Source: Candidatus Bathyarchaeota archaeon
Lineage (GTDB): Archaea > Thermoproteota > Bathyarchaeia > Bathyarchaeales > Bathycorpusculaceae
Reading direction: 5' to 3'
Assembly: GCA_963768425.1 (NCBI GenBank)
Contig: CAVYHV010000014.1
Location: 224,001 to 288,000, forward strand
DNA length: 64,000 nt
Positions 1 to 10,373 of this stretch are shown here, in pieces; the first letter of the stretch is position 1, and every line of letters starts with the position of its first letter. Position numbers and translations under genes: made by a program. The notes below the pieces were generated by a model, which saw only the letters and a list, made by a program, of their open reading frames with translations, was not told the DNA's origin and did no database searches.

Positions 1-980
1 GTTGTTAACATGTTAAAAGATGGACTACCGCCGCCGTAGTTGCTTGAATCGTCAGTCCATACTGTTTGTCCAGTGTACAAGTTAACACAAACGTTAGCAA
101 TAGGACTAGTGGAACTTCCTGGGAATTCAGTGTAGTAGAGGAAGCCGTTGATAACTATTGGAAGATATTTTCGCTCGTACTGAGAGGTTGAGTAGTAGTT
201 ACCGTAGGTTGTTGTTCCGCCAGCATCTCCGCCGATTGCACCTCCGAAAGCCACTGGTCTTGTCCACATGATGTGTGATGTGAGCGGCGCTGTAGTGTAT
301 GGGTTGAAGTTTGTGGTAGTATTGTAGTTCGAAGCGCCTTTGCCTGCACTATAACCCATGTATAAGCCGAGGTAAGGACCGCCAATTGCGTACCAATTGT
401 TAACGTTCAATGCGTTTATTGGGGTCTGCCAGTAATTTGTTGGAAGCGGAGAAACTGAAACTCCTGTTGCTGGCTGCTGTTGCACCGTAAGAGTAGCTAC
501 AGAACTGGTAGCGGGTAAGATAGTGTCGTTAATATAATTAGCATTGTTGATGATGCCTGCTCCGAATGAGTTTTCAGTTGACCCGGTTATTGTTTCTCCT
601 GGGAATGTCATCTGGAAACTGTATGTTCCTGTTTGTGAGGGTGTAAATCGGGTACTCGTTCCTCCTGTGTCATCAGAGACAAAGGGTCCCAATGTTGAAT
701 TGGTTCCGTCTGGCGCCGTAACGTGTACTGTGAACGGACCAAACCTGTCTCCATATGGGCCGTCTGCTGTCATTGGTGGTTGATTAAGCCAGAAGCCTAT
801 TGTAACAGGCTGACCTACGCCTGCGGGGCTGGGTGCAACGTTAATGAAAGCGTATAGCTGAATTTGCCATGGTGGAGTGTGCGCGCTAGCATTTTTTATT
901 AGTGTTGTCGAAGCTGCCATTGAAAGCATAAAGAATACGCAGATAATTATAGCTGCAATTTTGTTTCTTAAAATATTCAT
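1..980 (-). CDS. Secreted PQQ-like beta-propeller protein, N-terminal part (runs off the window start)
   Basis: Manual translation from ATG 980: signal peptide, then HTPPWQIQLYAFINVAPSPAGVGQ, GDRF, LPTNYWQTPI and NPYTTAPLTSHIMWTRPVAFGG, matching the paralogues at 42-49 kb. Confidence 0.85.
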   Translation of the reverse strand, partial: MNILRNKIAAIIICVFFMLSMAASTTLIKNASAHTPPWQIQLYAFINVAPSPAGVGQPVTIGFWLNQPPMTADGPYGDRFGPFTVHVTAPDGTNSTLGPFVSDDTGGTSTRFTPSQTGTYSFQMTFPGETITGSTENSFGAGIINNANYINDTILPATSSVATLTVQQQPATGVSVSPLPTNYWQTPINALNVNNWYAIGGPYLGLYMGYSAGKGASNYNTTTNFNPYTTAPLTSHIMWTRPVAFGGAIGGDAGGTTTYGNYYSTSQYERKYLPIVINGFLYYTEFPGSSTSPIANVCVNLYTGQTVWTDDSSNYGGGSPSFNMLT

Positions 981-1161
981 TTTTCTTTTTTCTCCTTTTT
1001 TGAACGAGAGCGCTTAACCCTCGTTCTGACCTTTCTCGTAAGCAAATTCCCTAATAAAACTTGTGATCTCGACAAAAGCGTGAACTTAATAATTAATTAA
1101 CCAGAAATTCTCAAAAAAGAGAGCAGAAGGGAAACTTTGCGGACTATATGTCTTGTTTATG

Positions 1162-2592
1162 CTATTCGCCTAGGATCCTTCTGAAGGCTGGGTACATTTC
1201 TGCGGCGCGTTCCTGCATTAGCAATTCATAGTACTGGTAAATGATGCCTACTGACAGGAGTATTCCTGTTCCTGTTCCGAATGTTCCGAAGAAGTCTGCG
1301 CTTGCTGCCACTAGTCCGACAATGATTCCGCCGAGTACTGTGACTACTGGTATATAGCGTTTAAGGACTGATTCGATTGGTCTTCCTGATCTGCGGTAAC
1401 CTGGGATCTGCATGCCTGAATCCATGAGTTGCTGTGCGACTTTCGCTGGTCCTAAACCGCCGACTTCGAGCCATATCAGTGAGAAGACGGCGCAGAAGGC
1501 GACTAGGATGCCTAAGTAGCAGGCGGCTCTTATGGGGTCAGCTGCGACCTGTTGGATGTTTGCAGGTGCGGTAACTAAGTATGCTAGACCGCTTACAGGT
1601 GCAACGCTGGTGCTGCCTGTTGACGTGTTAACTGTCGCGTTGAATTGTCCTATTAACGAAAATAGGAGACTGTGTGCTGAAGGTGGCGGGCTGCCTAATT
1701 GGCTCCAGAGCAGTTGGGTGAAGAAGTACACGTTTGCGAATAAGGCTGAGGCAAATATAACTGGCAGGTTAGAGACGTACAGCAGTTTAATTGGGTATCT
1801 GCTTCGGAACCCTTTATAGCCTGCATAACTCATTGGAAGCTCAATTCTTACTCCGTTAAGATAGATGACCACCATGAACGCTGATATGGTTGCGATGAAC
1901 CCGATTAAGGAGGGGTATACTCCGGATTTTAGACCAACTATCCAAGTTAATAGTGAGATCCCGTGGTGAAGAAACGCGTTTAGTGAACCGACGAACAATC
2001 CTGTTGCTGGTGAAAACATGTCCCAGACTACTGATTGGGCTACACCTGCCATGATGAAGAGGCTGATTCCACTGCCTAAGCCCCAGCCTTTCTGGATAAG
2101 TTCATCCATAAGCATAACCATGAGTCCAGCGGCTAGAAGCTGGAAGAATATAATGAACGCGGTTGACCCACTAAGAGAGCCGAACATGCCGCTTATGATG
2201 TAGGCCGCGGCTTGGATTCCTGTGAGGAGGATGCTGAAGACTTTGCTGGCGGAGGTGAATAGACCTCTGTCCTCCGAGTTTGACATGTCGCATTGGATAA
2301 TTGATGAGCCTGCGAGTAACTGCAGAATCAAACCAGCTGTGACGATTGGTCCAATGCCTAACTGCATTAGTGTTCCATTGTTAGATGCGAAAATGACTCT
2401 TAATTGACTAAATGAACTTGAAACTGACGATGAAATCCCGTAGAGGGGGATTTGTGACATTACAAGGAAAATAACTAAGGTTGTACCTGTCCAGAAGATT
2501 TTCTCGTTAAAACTTACTTTTCGCTCAGGCTTCTTGATTTCGGGCAATACCCTTCCAATAGGCTTGAAAAGACTGAGGAATCTTCCGGGCAT
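1162..2592 (-). CDS. secY: Preprotein translocase subunit SecY
   Basis: GTLMQLGIGPIVTAGLILQLL, GWGLGSGISLFI and PIKLLYVSNLPVI motifs; lies at the end of the spc cluster. Confidence 0.98.
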   Translation of the reverse strand: MPGRFLSLFKPIGRVLPEIKKPERKVSFNEKIFWTGTTLVIFLVMSQIPLYGISSSVSSSFSQLRVIFASNNGTLMQLGIGPIVTAGLILQLLAGSSIIQCDMSNSEDRGLFTSASKVFSILLTGIQAAAYIISGMFGSLSGSTAFIIFFQLLAAGLMVMLMDELIQKGWGLGSGISLFIMAGVAQSVVWDMFSPATGLFVGSLNAFLHHGISLLTWIVGLKSGVYPSLIGFIATISAFMVVIYLNGVRIELPMSYAGYKGFRSRYPIKLLYVSNLPVIFASALFANVYFFTQLLWSQLGSPPPSAHSLLFSLIGQFNATVNTSTGSTSVAPVSGLAYLVTAPANIQQVAADPIRAACYLGILVAFCAVFSLIWLEVGGLGPAKVAQQLMDSGMQIPGYRRSGRPIESVLKRYIPVVTVLGGIIVGLVAASADFFGTFGTGTGILLSVGIIYQYYELLMQERAAEMYPAFRRILGE

Positions 2593-2601
2593 TTAGCAGC
2601 T

Positions 2602-3027
2602 TTACTCTCCGTTAACTGGGGAGCCTACGATTTCTCCGCCTGCTTTTTGGATTTTTTCAGCTGCAGATTTCGAGTAGGAGGGCACTTGAACGGTTAAAGC
2701 CTTTGTGACTTTTCCTGTTCCCAAAAGTTTAGTGTAGCCCAAAGCTGCCAGGTTAATTTGAGGCTTTTCTTGCTGGCTTACCTGCGCTAATTCTTCAAGT
2801 TTTTTGAGGTTAATTGTGTTTTCGCGGCGATGAACACTTTGCGGTGATGTAAAGCCATTCTTGCCGAAGTAGTCAGGTTCATGAGTTACGACGTAGCTCC
2901 ACAAATGTTTGTGTCGCCCAACTTTCCGGTGTCCTTTAGAACCTGAGTCTCGGTGCTGGCCTATCCTACCGTAGCCTTGAGTTCTTGAGCCTCTAAATTT
3001 CCGTATTTTTCTGAGTTTATGCGGCAT
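2602..3027 (-). CDS. rpl15: 50S ribosomal protein L15 (uL15)
   Basis: RKFRGSRTQGYGRIGQHR, YFGKNGF and KLLGTGKV motifs; adjacent to secY. Confidence 0.97.
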   Translation of the reverse strand: MPHKLRKIRKFRGSRTQGYGRIGQHRDSGSKGHRKVGRHKHLWSYVVTHEPDYFGKNGFTSPQSVHRRENTINLKKLEELAQVSQQEKPQINLAALGYTKLLGTGKVTKALTVQVPSYSKSAAEKIQKAGGEIVGSPVNGE

Positions 3028-3474
3028 TTTGGTCAGCTTCTTTGTTTATTGCTGTTTCAGCTTTTCTTAACTTAATTTCTAGTACACCATTCTTGATTTT
3101 GGTGTACATGACGTCAGGAATCACTACCTTCGGAAGATTTAAACTTTTATAGTATCTTCGATCTTTCGATTTTGCCGACAGCGTGATTTTCTGGTCTTTC
3201 ACATGAATTTTGAGGGTATCCTTATTAAACCCTGTGATTTCTGCTACGACAGTTATGAAATTGCTTTCTTGAAAAATGTCGATCAGTGGCTTCGGCTCTT
3301 GGAAATTGCGTTCAGCAAAGTTTTTGTTTGGCCGAAAGCTTGCGGGAACAGATATGGATTTTATGCGGTAAGCATGTTCGGGCGGATCATCTGTGATTTG
3401 TTACCTTTAGATGTCTGGTTGTTAAAATCTAGCCATTTACGGTTTTTTGTGCTTCTACGCCATTTTGCACTCAT
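3017..3474 (-). CDS. Hsp20/alpha-crystallin-like protein (one frameshift near 3400-3410)
   Basis: Frame from about 3400 reads EPKPLIDIFQESNFITVVAEITGFNKDTLKIHVKDQKITLSA...YYKSLNLP...KNGVLEIKLRK; ATG 3474 is in another frame. Confidence 0.75.
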
Positions 3475-3714
3475 GTCTCTCCCCCTCCAATACCTAACGG
3501 ATTTCAGACTCGTAACTATAAAACATATCGCACATAAAAGAAGAGAAAACAAGCAGTTTGCCTGAAGCTGTTTTCAATCAAAAATGACGGCTGAGTGCCT
3601 TTTTAGCCCCAAACGTGATTGAGAAAACAATATACTTCGCCTCAAAGCGCGTTGAATTAATGATTTATTAAGAAAATACTAAGGAAACGAAAAAGAAAAT
3701 TATGTTAACGCAGA

Positions 3715-4205
3715 TTAAATCATGCGTTTTACTAGGTCGTTTATTGCTTCTCCGCGGTAGCCTGCTTCGCCGCCTGCTCTGAAGCTTTTCTTGGTTTTGC
3801 CTTTGTAGCCTTTGCTTGGTGGATGCAGTTTGAAACAGAGGTTGTGATGTCTGGCAGTTTTTGGAATGCGACTTTGCAGTTTACTATGGCTTCGGCTAAG
3901 TCGTCAAAGGATTTGTAGCCTGCTTTTTGAATGTATTCGTCAGTGAGTTTTTTGCCGCCGGCTAGTCTTGCGCGTTTCTGCAGCATCATAGAGACGATTT
4001 CTTTTGTGGGTTCGCCCCAAGTTACGTAGTTGTTTACGCGTTGCAGCATTCCAAGGTAGGCTGGTCGGCTGTCAATGAGTAAACCATGGTTAGTGTGGGT
4101 TAAGTGTAGCAGTTCAAGGGTTTCGCGTACTTCTCGCTGGGCGCTTACTGTTCCTCGAACTCTAACTGCTACGAGGCATTTGCATTCTTCAGTTTTCTGC
4201 GCCAT
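3715..4205 (-). CDS. rpl30: 50S ribosomal protein L30 (uL30), apparent indel errors near 3830-3845
   Basis: AVRVRG and YVTWGEP motifs; the C-terminus [10 protein letters not shown]...[15 protein letters not shown] is in a shifted frame. Confidence 0.93.
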
Positions 4206-4206
4206 T

Positions 4207-4854
4207 TTACTTCACCCAGTCCACTTGAGTAATCAAGTTGTATGTTTTTCTTAATCCGTCGAAGATTGCGCATGCATATGAGGGCACTGTTCTTGTTGAA
4301 CCGTAACTTCTCATCCAGAGATCTTTGACTCCTGCTAAGCCCAAGATGACTTTGGCTACTTCGCTTGAAACCAAGCCTAAGCCTCTGGGTCCTGGAACAA
4401 TGACTACTCGAACGCCGCCGCATTTTCCTTCTACTTGGAATGGAACTGAATGTGGTTTTCCGCATCCGCATTCCCAACTTCCGCATCCACGCTTCACCGG
4501 GATGATGTTTAAGCGGGCGTTCGCGGCTGCTTTTTCAATGGCGTTTCGCACTTGACTGGCTTTTCCTGAGCCTAAGCCGATGTAGCCGTCTCTGTTTCCC
4601 ACTGCGACGATTGCTTTGAATCGGGATTTTTCGCCTGCGTCAGTTTGTTTCTGTACTAGGTTAACGTTTATGACTTCTTCTTGCAGGTCAGGAATCAGGG
4701 AGTCGACGATTTGGGATTCTGAAATTTTTATTCCGCTTAGGAAGACATCTTCTATGGTTGTTATTTTGCCTTCCTGGATCATTTTGCCCAATCGGGTTTT
4801 CGGTACCCATGTTTCCAGGTTACTTTTATTGTCTCGTCTTTGCATTTGACTCAT
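4207..4854 (-). CDS. rps5: 30S ribosomal protein S5 (uS5)
   Basis: WVPKTRLG, VQKQTDAGE and GCGSWEC motifs. Confidence 0.98.
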   Translation of the reverse strand: MSQMQRRDNKSNLETWVPKTRLGKMIQEGKITTIEDVFLSGIKISESQIVDSLIPDLQEEVINVNLVQKQTDAGEKSRFKAIVAVGNRDGYIGLGSGKASQVRNAIEKAAANARLNIIPVKRGCGSWECGCGKPHSVPFQVEGKCGGVRVVIVPGPRGLGLVSSEVAKVILGLAGVKDLWMRSYGSTRTVPSYACAIFDGLRKTYNLITQVDWVK

Positions 4855-5578
4855 GCTTTCTTTCCACCTTTCTTAGTTGCCTTTTCTTTCGGGGCTTTTG
4901 GAGCTTTTTCTTTTGGCGCTTTTGGAGCTTTTTCTTTTGGCGCTTTAGCTGCTTTCGGTTTGGGTGCAGCTTCAGCCGCCGCAGGTTTGCCGCCTTTGAA
5001 GGCCGCTGTGATTTCGCCCTTTACCTTGGTAAAGTGTTCAGGAAGTTTCTCAGGCGCGACACCTTGCGCGATGTACTTTGAGAATTTTGCGTTGTATTCT
5101 TCTGACCCCACGCCTAAGCTTTTTGCGTACTTTGCAATGTGCTCGCCTTTCATGCGTTCTTTCACGATTTTCTCCTCGCTGTGGGGAACATCCACGCCGG
5201 CATCTACAACTCCGCTTAATGCAGCGAAGATTTTGGCGCCTTTAGTGGGGGCAATCAAGCCGATGTCTAAGATGGCTTCTTTTATGCCTTTGGCTTTTGC
5301 CTTTAGACCGCAAAGATATCCCGTAAGGTAAGCTGCTGAAATGTTTCCGCTTGGAGCTTTCCACCCGTATGTTTTGGTTAATTCGTGGCTGTTAGCTGCG
5401 GCTAACACTTCGTCGCCGTGAGGTTTAGCAATCGCTATTTGAACTGTCATGTTTTTCAATGATGGGCGTGTAATAAGCCGGGTCTTCCGGAAGTAACCAG
5501 AGCCTTGCGTGCTTGATAATCAGTTTTTCCTTCCCGTCTACGTCTTAATTTTACTCTGTAATGGCCGGTTTTCGCCAA
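4851..5578 (-). CDS. rpl18: 50S ribosomal protein L18 (uL18) with Lys/Ala/Pro tail; one base missing in a C-run near 5480
   Basis: TTG 5578 gives MAKTGHYRVKLRRRREGKTDYQARK; the downstream frame has AAYLTGYLCG and LDIGL. Confidence 0.94.
4878..4950. repeat. About three copies of a 24-bp tandem repeat encoding KAPKEKAP in the L18 tail
   Basis: Repeated ttttcttttggcgcttttggagc units. Confidence 0.85.
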
Positions 5579-5579
5579 C

Positions 5580-6035
5580 TTAACGTTTCCTCCATAAGTC
5601 GTTAGCTTTTAGATTTCGTTCCAGTTCAGCTATTGATTGGAATCTGCCGCTGCCAGCCATTCTGTAATATTGGCTGTATGTTTCTTCTGTTATTGTTCGG
5701 GCTGCCTTTAACTCGCGGAGTTTGCGTCTGAGAGACCGGATTCTTATCATCCAAGCCTGTTTCTGGGTTACTTTTGCGAAGCCTGCTCCGGTTATGCTGC
5801 CGGGTCCGCTTCGTCTGCCTTTGACTTTTTTAGCTCTGATGATTTTTGCCCGTGCTCTGCTAACGCCTTTAACAGGCGTAGAAACGATAACTCTCTCATG
5901 AATCAGTTTTCTGACTTCCTCGCGCGTAATTGCACCTTCAACGTCATCGAGGAATTCAGGGTTAATCCATACGCGGTTTTTCCCAATCTTTAGGATTTGA
6001 GCTGCTAAACGCCGCTGGCTTGTTAGGTTAGTCAT
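5580..6035 (-). CDS. rpl19e: 50S ribosomal protein L19e
   Basis: QRRLAAQILKIGKNRVWINP and WMIRIRSLRRKL motifs. Confidence 0.98.
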   Translation of the reverse strand: MTNLTSQRRLAAQILKIGKNRVWINPEFLDDVEGAITREEVRKLIHERVIVSTPVKGVSRARAKIIRAKKVKGRRSGPGSITGAGFAKVTQKQAWMIRIRSLRRKLRELKAARTITEETYSQYYRMAGSGRFQSIAELERNLKANDLWRKR

Positions 6036-6670
6036 TGTTTTTCTTCTCCTTCTTTATCTTCTATTGTATCTTGTTTAGGCTTGGATTTTTTGGGTTTCTT
6101 AGCCTTCTTTGGCTTTTCTTCTTCTGCTACCGGTTCTTCGGCTTCTTCAGTGTGCTCTTCACCCTCAGATGCTTCTTCCGCTTCGGCTTCTGCTTCTTCT
6201 TCTGCCTGCTCTATCTCTTCGCCTTCAGCTTCTTCTCCGCCCTCTTTCTTTTCAGGCGCTGCAGACACTTTGACGTTTAGGATTTTTATGTTAAGTTTCT
6301 TGGCTTCTGCGATGATAAGAGCGCGTTTTCTTTTGCCAACTGTGTGCGCTATTCGTGCGGCTTGTGTGTTAGGGTCGATTTTGGATAAGTCTTCAACGTT
6401 GAAAACTATTACTTCTCTGAAGCCTGAAGGATGTAGTCCTCTGGCGATTTTCGGTCCCTTGTAGCCTGTGCTGCAACCTGGCGGCCAACCCTTGATTTTT
6501 CGGCGGATTTTGTTATCTAATCCTCTTGGTCTTCGCCAGCTTAAGCTGAATCTGTCATACTTCCAGCTTTCAGCTCTCACGAAAGAGGGTTTCTTGTTTC
6601 TTGCACGTGCTCTAAGTTTGAGAGCTTCGCGTGAAGGTTTAAGTTTCTTTTCAGTTTTTTCTGCTGCCAT
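6032..6670 (-). CDS. rpl32e: 50S ribosomal protein L32e with acidic C-terminal tail
   Basis: WRRPRGLDNKIR and RGLHPSGF motifs. Confidence 0.97.
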   Translation of the reverse strand: MAAEKTEKKLKPSREALKLRARARNKKPSFVRAESWKYDRFSLSWRRPRGLDNKIRRKIKGWPPGCSTGYKGPKIARGLHPSGFREVIVFNVEDLSKIDPNTQAARIAHTVGKRKRALIIAEAKKLNIKILNVKVSAAPEKKEGGEEAEGEEIEQAEEEAEAEAEEASEGEEHTEEAEEPVAEEEKPKKAKKPKKSKPKQDTIEDKEGEEKQ

Positions 6671-7216
6671 TAAGCAACTCCCTCATTTCTTTCATAAACG
6701 TATATGCCGTCAAGGAAAACTCGTGGGTCTTTTCCTCTTACTCGGGTAGCTTGCTCAATGTTGGCGGCGGTTTGGCTTACGTCTTCTAAGATTGGCGCCT
6801 TCAACTATGATATCGTCTGGTTCAATCTTGATTTTGACGTCGCCTAAAGTTTTAACCCTGCGTTCTCTTCGTTCGCCAGTGAAGTTTTCGATCAGAATTT
6901 CTTTGCCTTGAACTTTCACTGAGATTGGAAAGTGGGAGAAAACGATTTTCAGCTTGTACGAGTAGCCTTTTGTGACGCCGGTTATCATGTTTTGAATGTG
7001 CGAGTGTATTGTTCCTACTAGAGCAGCTTCCTTCTTGCGTGGCCACTTTGCCCAAACGCGGATTTTTTTCCCTTCGCCTTCTATTGAGATTGAAGCAAAG
7101 GAGAAATCACGTGTCAAAGATCCCTTTTCGCCCTTGAAGCTTATTTTTTTGCCGTCCATAGTGACGTCTACGTTATCGGGAACCTGTATGGTTTTGGATA
7201 TTTCTGGAAGCCGCAT
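6670..7216 (-). CDS. rpl6: 50S ribosomal protein L6 (uL6); extra base near 6788
   Basis: HFPISV and IENFTGER motifs; the C-terminus [12 protein letters not shown]...[13 protein letters not shown] is in a shifted frame. Confidence 0.95.
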
Positions 7217-7227
7217 AAAACATACCT

Positions 7228-7611
7228 CTAATACACGAAGGCCAGCAGCCTTCCTCCAAGATTCTTTTCCTCTGCGTCCCTGTGGGCTATCACGCCTTTG
7301 GAAGTGGAAACAACCATTAGTCCAACGTCTCTAGATGGAAGGAACTTCTTTTCCCAATCTTCAAATTCGCCAACTTTAGCTGGGTAGCGAGGCTTTATTG
7401 GCCCACACTTGTTTATTCTGCCGAGCAATTGGACTTTGAATTTGCCTGATCGGCCATCGTCGATAAACTCGAATTCGCCTATGTAGCCGTTTAGCTGCAT
7501 TATGCGAAGGACTCGCCCAAGAAGTTTAGAAGCAGGGCTAATTATGCATTCACGCTTATTTCGCATCTCATTGTTTATGATGGTTATCAAACCATTCGTT
7601 AAAGTGTCCAT
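7228..7611 (-). CDS. rps8: 30S ribosomal protein S8 (uS8)
   Basis: PASKLL, GYIGEFEFIDDGRSG and GGRLLAFVY motifs. Confidence 0.98.
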   Translation of the reverse strand: MDTLTNGLITIINNEMRNKRECIISPASKLLGRVLRIMQLNGYIGEFEFIDDGRSGKFKVQLLGRINKCGPIKPRYPAKVGEFEDWEKKFLPSRDVGLMVVSTSKGVIAHRDAEEKNLGGRLLAFVY

Positions 7612-7623
7612 ATTTTTCTGCTC

Positions 7624-7788
7624 CTACTCATATTTTTTGAATCCAAGTTTCGGGGCTGCTTCCCTGAAACAGTGCCTACATAAATATAAATCGTACCGTC
7701 GAATAACCGGTCCATACGAGCCGCATCTTACGCACGGTCTTGAGCCTTTTCCGAATTTCCGCACTTTCTTAACTTGCTGTTTTCCCAT
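7624..7788 (-). CDS. rps14: 30S ribosomal protein S14 (uS14), Zn-binding; not in the ORF track
   Basis: Manual translation [54 protein letters not shown]. Confidence 0.95.
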   Translation of the reverse strand: MGKQQVKKVRKFGKGSRPCVRCGSYGPVIRRYDLYLCRHCFREAAPKLGFKKYE

Positions 7789-7804
7789 ACATTCATCCTC
7801 TGTC

Positions 7805-8344
7805 CTAAACGATTTCTACTCCCAATGTTTTTCTGATGAAAACAACTGATTCTTCAGGTGTCAACATGTGGCTTGCGCCAATAGGATGATTCTCTTTCCT
7901 CCGATTCTTTATCCGTTGACCAGGACGATTTACCGTTACACAAATGTCCATGCCGAATATTCCGATTTCAGGGTCATATTTCACGCCTGGAATTTCAATG
8001 TGTTCCTTCAATCCGAACGCAAAGTTGCCGCGGACGTCAAAGGCTGATTTGGAGACTTTATTGTCTACAACAGGTAGAACTTTCTTGAGGAAATCGATTG
8101 CCGCTTGCTTTCGCATCGTTACAACAACAGCGATTGATTCTCCTTCACGTATCCCAAAGTCCCTGATGGTTTTCTTCGCTTTCTTTTTAACGGGAGTTTG
8201 ACCTGTGATTTCTTTAAGCACCTTATTTGCTTTTTCAAGTGGTTCACCTGATTTTCCAACGTTAAGGTTCACCACGACTTTTTCGATACGTGGCTGAAGC
8301 ATCGGATGCTCTTCCCAATTCTTAATGACTGCTTCCTCAGACAA
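7805..8344 (-). CDS. rpl5: 50S ribosomal protein L5 (uL5)
   Basis: [16 protein letters not shown] and [12 protein letters not shown] motifs. Confidence 0.98.
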   Translation of the reverse strand: MSEEAVIKNWEEHPMLQPRIEKVVVNLNVGKSGEPLEKANKVLKEITGQTPVKKKAKKTIRDFGIREGESIAVVVTMRKQAAIDFLKKVLPVVDNKVSKSAFDVRGNFAFGLKEHIEIPGVKYDPEIGIFGMDICVTVNRPGQRIKNRRKENHPIGASHMLTPEESVVFIRKTLGVEIV

Positions 8345-9101
8345 CTGCGTTTACCTCCGTTAAACCTATGAGCGGTTCGTTTTCGCCTATTGAAAAGATG
8401 AAGTCCAAAATTGTTTGGTAACGAACACCATTCGCATCTTCGATAACTACTAGCGCTTGGCGGCGTTTTTTGGCTTCAGTTTTTTCTATCTCGACGATTT
8501 TTCCTTGTTTGCCGATGTTTTTTCCACCTGTAATGATGGCCAAGTTTCCTTCCTTTGTTTTCAGGGTTGATACAACTTGTTTATCTGGGTAAGTGACTTT
8601 GAGAATGTCGAAGGTCTCGTAAGTGACTTCAATGGGCTTCTTGATGTCCGCAACCTTCACAAGCATGTTTGATCCATCGTGGAAGGCGATTTGCACGCCG
8701 TTCTTAACAGTTGTTTTGTCTTCGACGCGAATCAGCTTGAAGTTTGCTTCTTCCTTGCTGATTGGATTCAATACAAGCCCTTTGTGAGATGGCATTACAC
8801 GGTAGTATTTGTCAGCTTGAGGCATTGAGATGACATCCATCAACCCAACTGGGAAATCATCTTTGCGTCGGATTGTTCCGTCGACAAGCACTTTGCCTTC
8901 TGATAGGATCATTTTGGCTTCTTTGCGGGTCTGTGCAACGCCGAGTATGTCTCGTAGAACAAGCGTTAAGGGTAAGCAGCTTTCGAGTGAGTGCGAACCC
9001 GACGAAGGCTTCACAATCCAAGGCAGCTCTTTCCTGTGAATTGGCCAGAATCTTGGAGCTGGCTTACGTTTCAATCTTGCAGTTTTTCCTTTTTTACCCA
9101 A
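8337..9101 (-). CDS. rps4e: 30S ribosomal protein S4e
   Basis: LKRKPAPRFWPI, FPVGLMDVIS and ITGGKNIG motifs. Confidence 0.98.
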   Translation of the reverse strand: MGKKGKTARLKRKPAPRFWPIHRKELPWIVKPSSGSHSLESCLPLTLVLRDILGVAQTRKEAKMILSEGKVLVDGTIRRKDDFPVGLMDVISMPQADKYYRVMPSHKGLVLNPISKEEANFKLIRVEDKTTVKNGVQIAFHDGSNMLVKVADIKKPIEVTYETFDILKVTYPDKQVVSTLKTKEGNLAIITGGKNIGKQGKIVEIEKTEAKKRRQALVVIEDANGVRYQTILDFIFSIGENEPLIGLTEVNAVV

Positions 9102-9102
9102 A

Positions 9103-9921
9103 TTATTGACCTCCTTCAGCTTCTTCGGAAGCTTTACGTTTGGCGCGCGGTTTAGCCGCCGTCTTCTTAGCCGCTGCTTTTTTGGCAGGTGCTTCTTTTT
9201 CTACAGCGGTTTCCTTCGCTGCTGCCTTCGACTTTGCCATTTTCTTCGCGGGCGCCTTTTCTTCTTTTTCGGTTATTTTTTCTTCTGGAACCTCTTCTTT
9301 GGCAACGGGTTTCTTCGCAGTTTTTGCGGTGGGCTTCTTTGCTTGTGGTTTCTTTGCCGTTACTTCTTTAGGTGCTTCCTCAACTTCTGCGACTTCTTCG
9401 GCAGGAGTTTGTTCCTTCGCGATTTCAGGTGCTGCTTCTTCTGCTGGTTTTTCTTCAACGACTTCTTCGAGTTTTTCTGGTTGTACAGGTGCCTCTTTGG
9501 CAGTCTTCGGCGCTGCGGCTTTCGGCTTGGCTTCTTTCTCGGGCTTTTCTGCTTCTTTCTTTCTGGTAAGAATGTCTTTGCGCCATTTGTCTTCTAAGTT
9601 GAGGGTTCTTATTTGAACTTTAGATGGGTGAATGGGAAGGAAAATGTTGGTTCCATCAACTTTTTCCCGTGTTAATCCTTCCATGTAAATTCGGTATTCT
9701 TTTAAGGCGACGCGTGAAACTTTGCCTTCGAAACCCTTGTTATCTCCGCGCATGATGCGGACGGTGTCGCCTTTTCTGACTGGGAGAGTTTTGGCACCTC
9801 TTGAGGCAGCAAGCTCACTTGAAAGTGGAGCTGACATGAGCCTGTGACGAATATGGGCAGGAGCATTAAAAAGCCTCTTGCGTTGTTTGCCCGGATTTTT
9901 TACACGTTTTGTCTTCTGCAT
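9103..9921 (-). CDS. rpl24: 50S ribosomal protein L24 (uL24) with ~150-aa low-complexity tail
   Basis: PGKQRKRLFNAP, VRKGDTVRIMRG and IHPSKVQI motifs. Confidence 0.97.
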   Translation of the reverse strand: MQKTKRVKNPGKQRKRLFNAPAHIRHRLMSAPLSSELAASRGAKTLPVRKGDTVRIMRGDNKGFEGKVSRVALKEYRIYMEGLTREKVDGTNIFLPIHPSKVQIRTLNLEDKWRKDILTRKKEAEKPEKEAKPKAAAPKTAKEAPVQPEKLEEVVEEKPAEEAAPEIAKEQTPAEEVAEVEEAPKEVTAKKPQAKKPTAKTAKKPVAKEEVPEEKITEKEEKAPAKKMAKSKAAAKETAVEKEAPAKKAAAKKTAAKPRAKRKASEEAEGGQ

Positions 9922-9931
9922 AATCTTGCAC

Positions 9932-10372
9932 CTATACTATGATACTTGAGGCACTTGCGATTCTTGGCCATCTCTCGGCTGCCTCTCTTGCTACTGGACC
10001 CCTGATTTCTGAGCCTTTCATTTCGCCTTCGGGAGTTATGATTACTGCTGCATTGTCTTCAAACTGCACCCAGACACCGTCGACACGTCGGAAAGTTTTT
10101 CTTTGACGGACAACGACTGCTTGGAAAATCTTTTTCCTCATGTCGGGTGAACCTTGCCTAACAGAAACCGTGACTTTATCTCCTACAGTGGCCGATGGAT
10201 AACGTCTAAGCCTTCCTTTGTAGCCCATGGCTTGGATTAAACGTAGAACCCGTGCACCAGTATTATCGGCGCATTTCATTTCTGAACCTGCCAGTAAGCC
10301 ACGGCTAATCTTGTTTCCGTGCGAAAGCATGCCTTTTGCGGTTAGTGCTCTCTGTTTCGCTTTCGCCGCCAT
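9932..10372 (-). CDS. rpl14: 50S ribosomal protein L14 (uL14)
   Basis: CADNTGA, FEDNAAV and GPVAREAAERWPRI motifs. Confidence 0.98.
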   Translation of the reverse strand: MAAKAKQRALTAKGMLSHGNKISRGLLAGSEMKCADNTGARVLRLIQAMGYKGRLRRYPSATVGDKVTVSVRQGSPDMRKKIFQAVVVRQRKTFRRVDGVWVQFEDNAAVIITPEGEMKGSEIRGPVAREAAERWPRIASASSIIV

Positions 10373-10373
10373 T

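Noticed and set aside
3715-7216. Frameshifts in rpl30, rpl18 and rpl6 as pseudogenes or recoding
   Set aside because: These are essential genes with intact sequence on both sides of single-base indels, often in short runs, so sequencing or assembly error is the best explanation
9106-9616. Long Phe/Ser-rich plus-strand ORFs (also near 4.8-5.3 kb and 6.0-6.5 kb)
   Set aside because: Antisense shadows of low-complexity ribosomal protein tails
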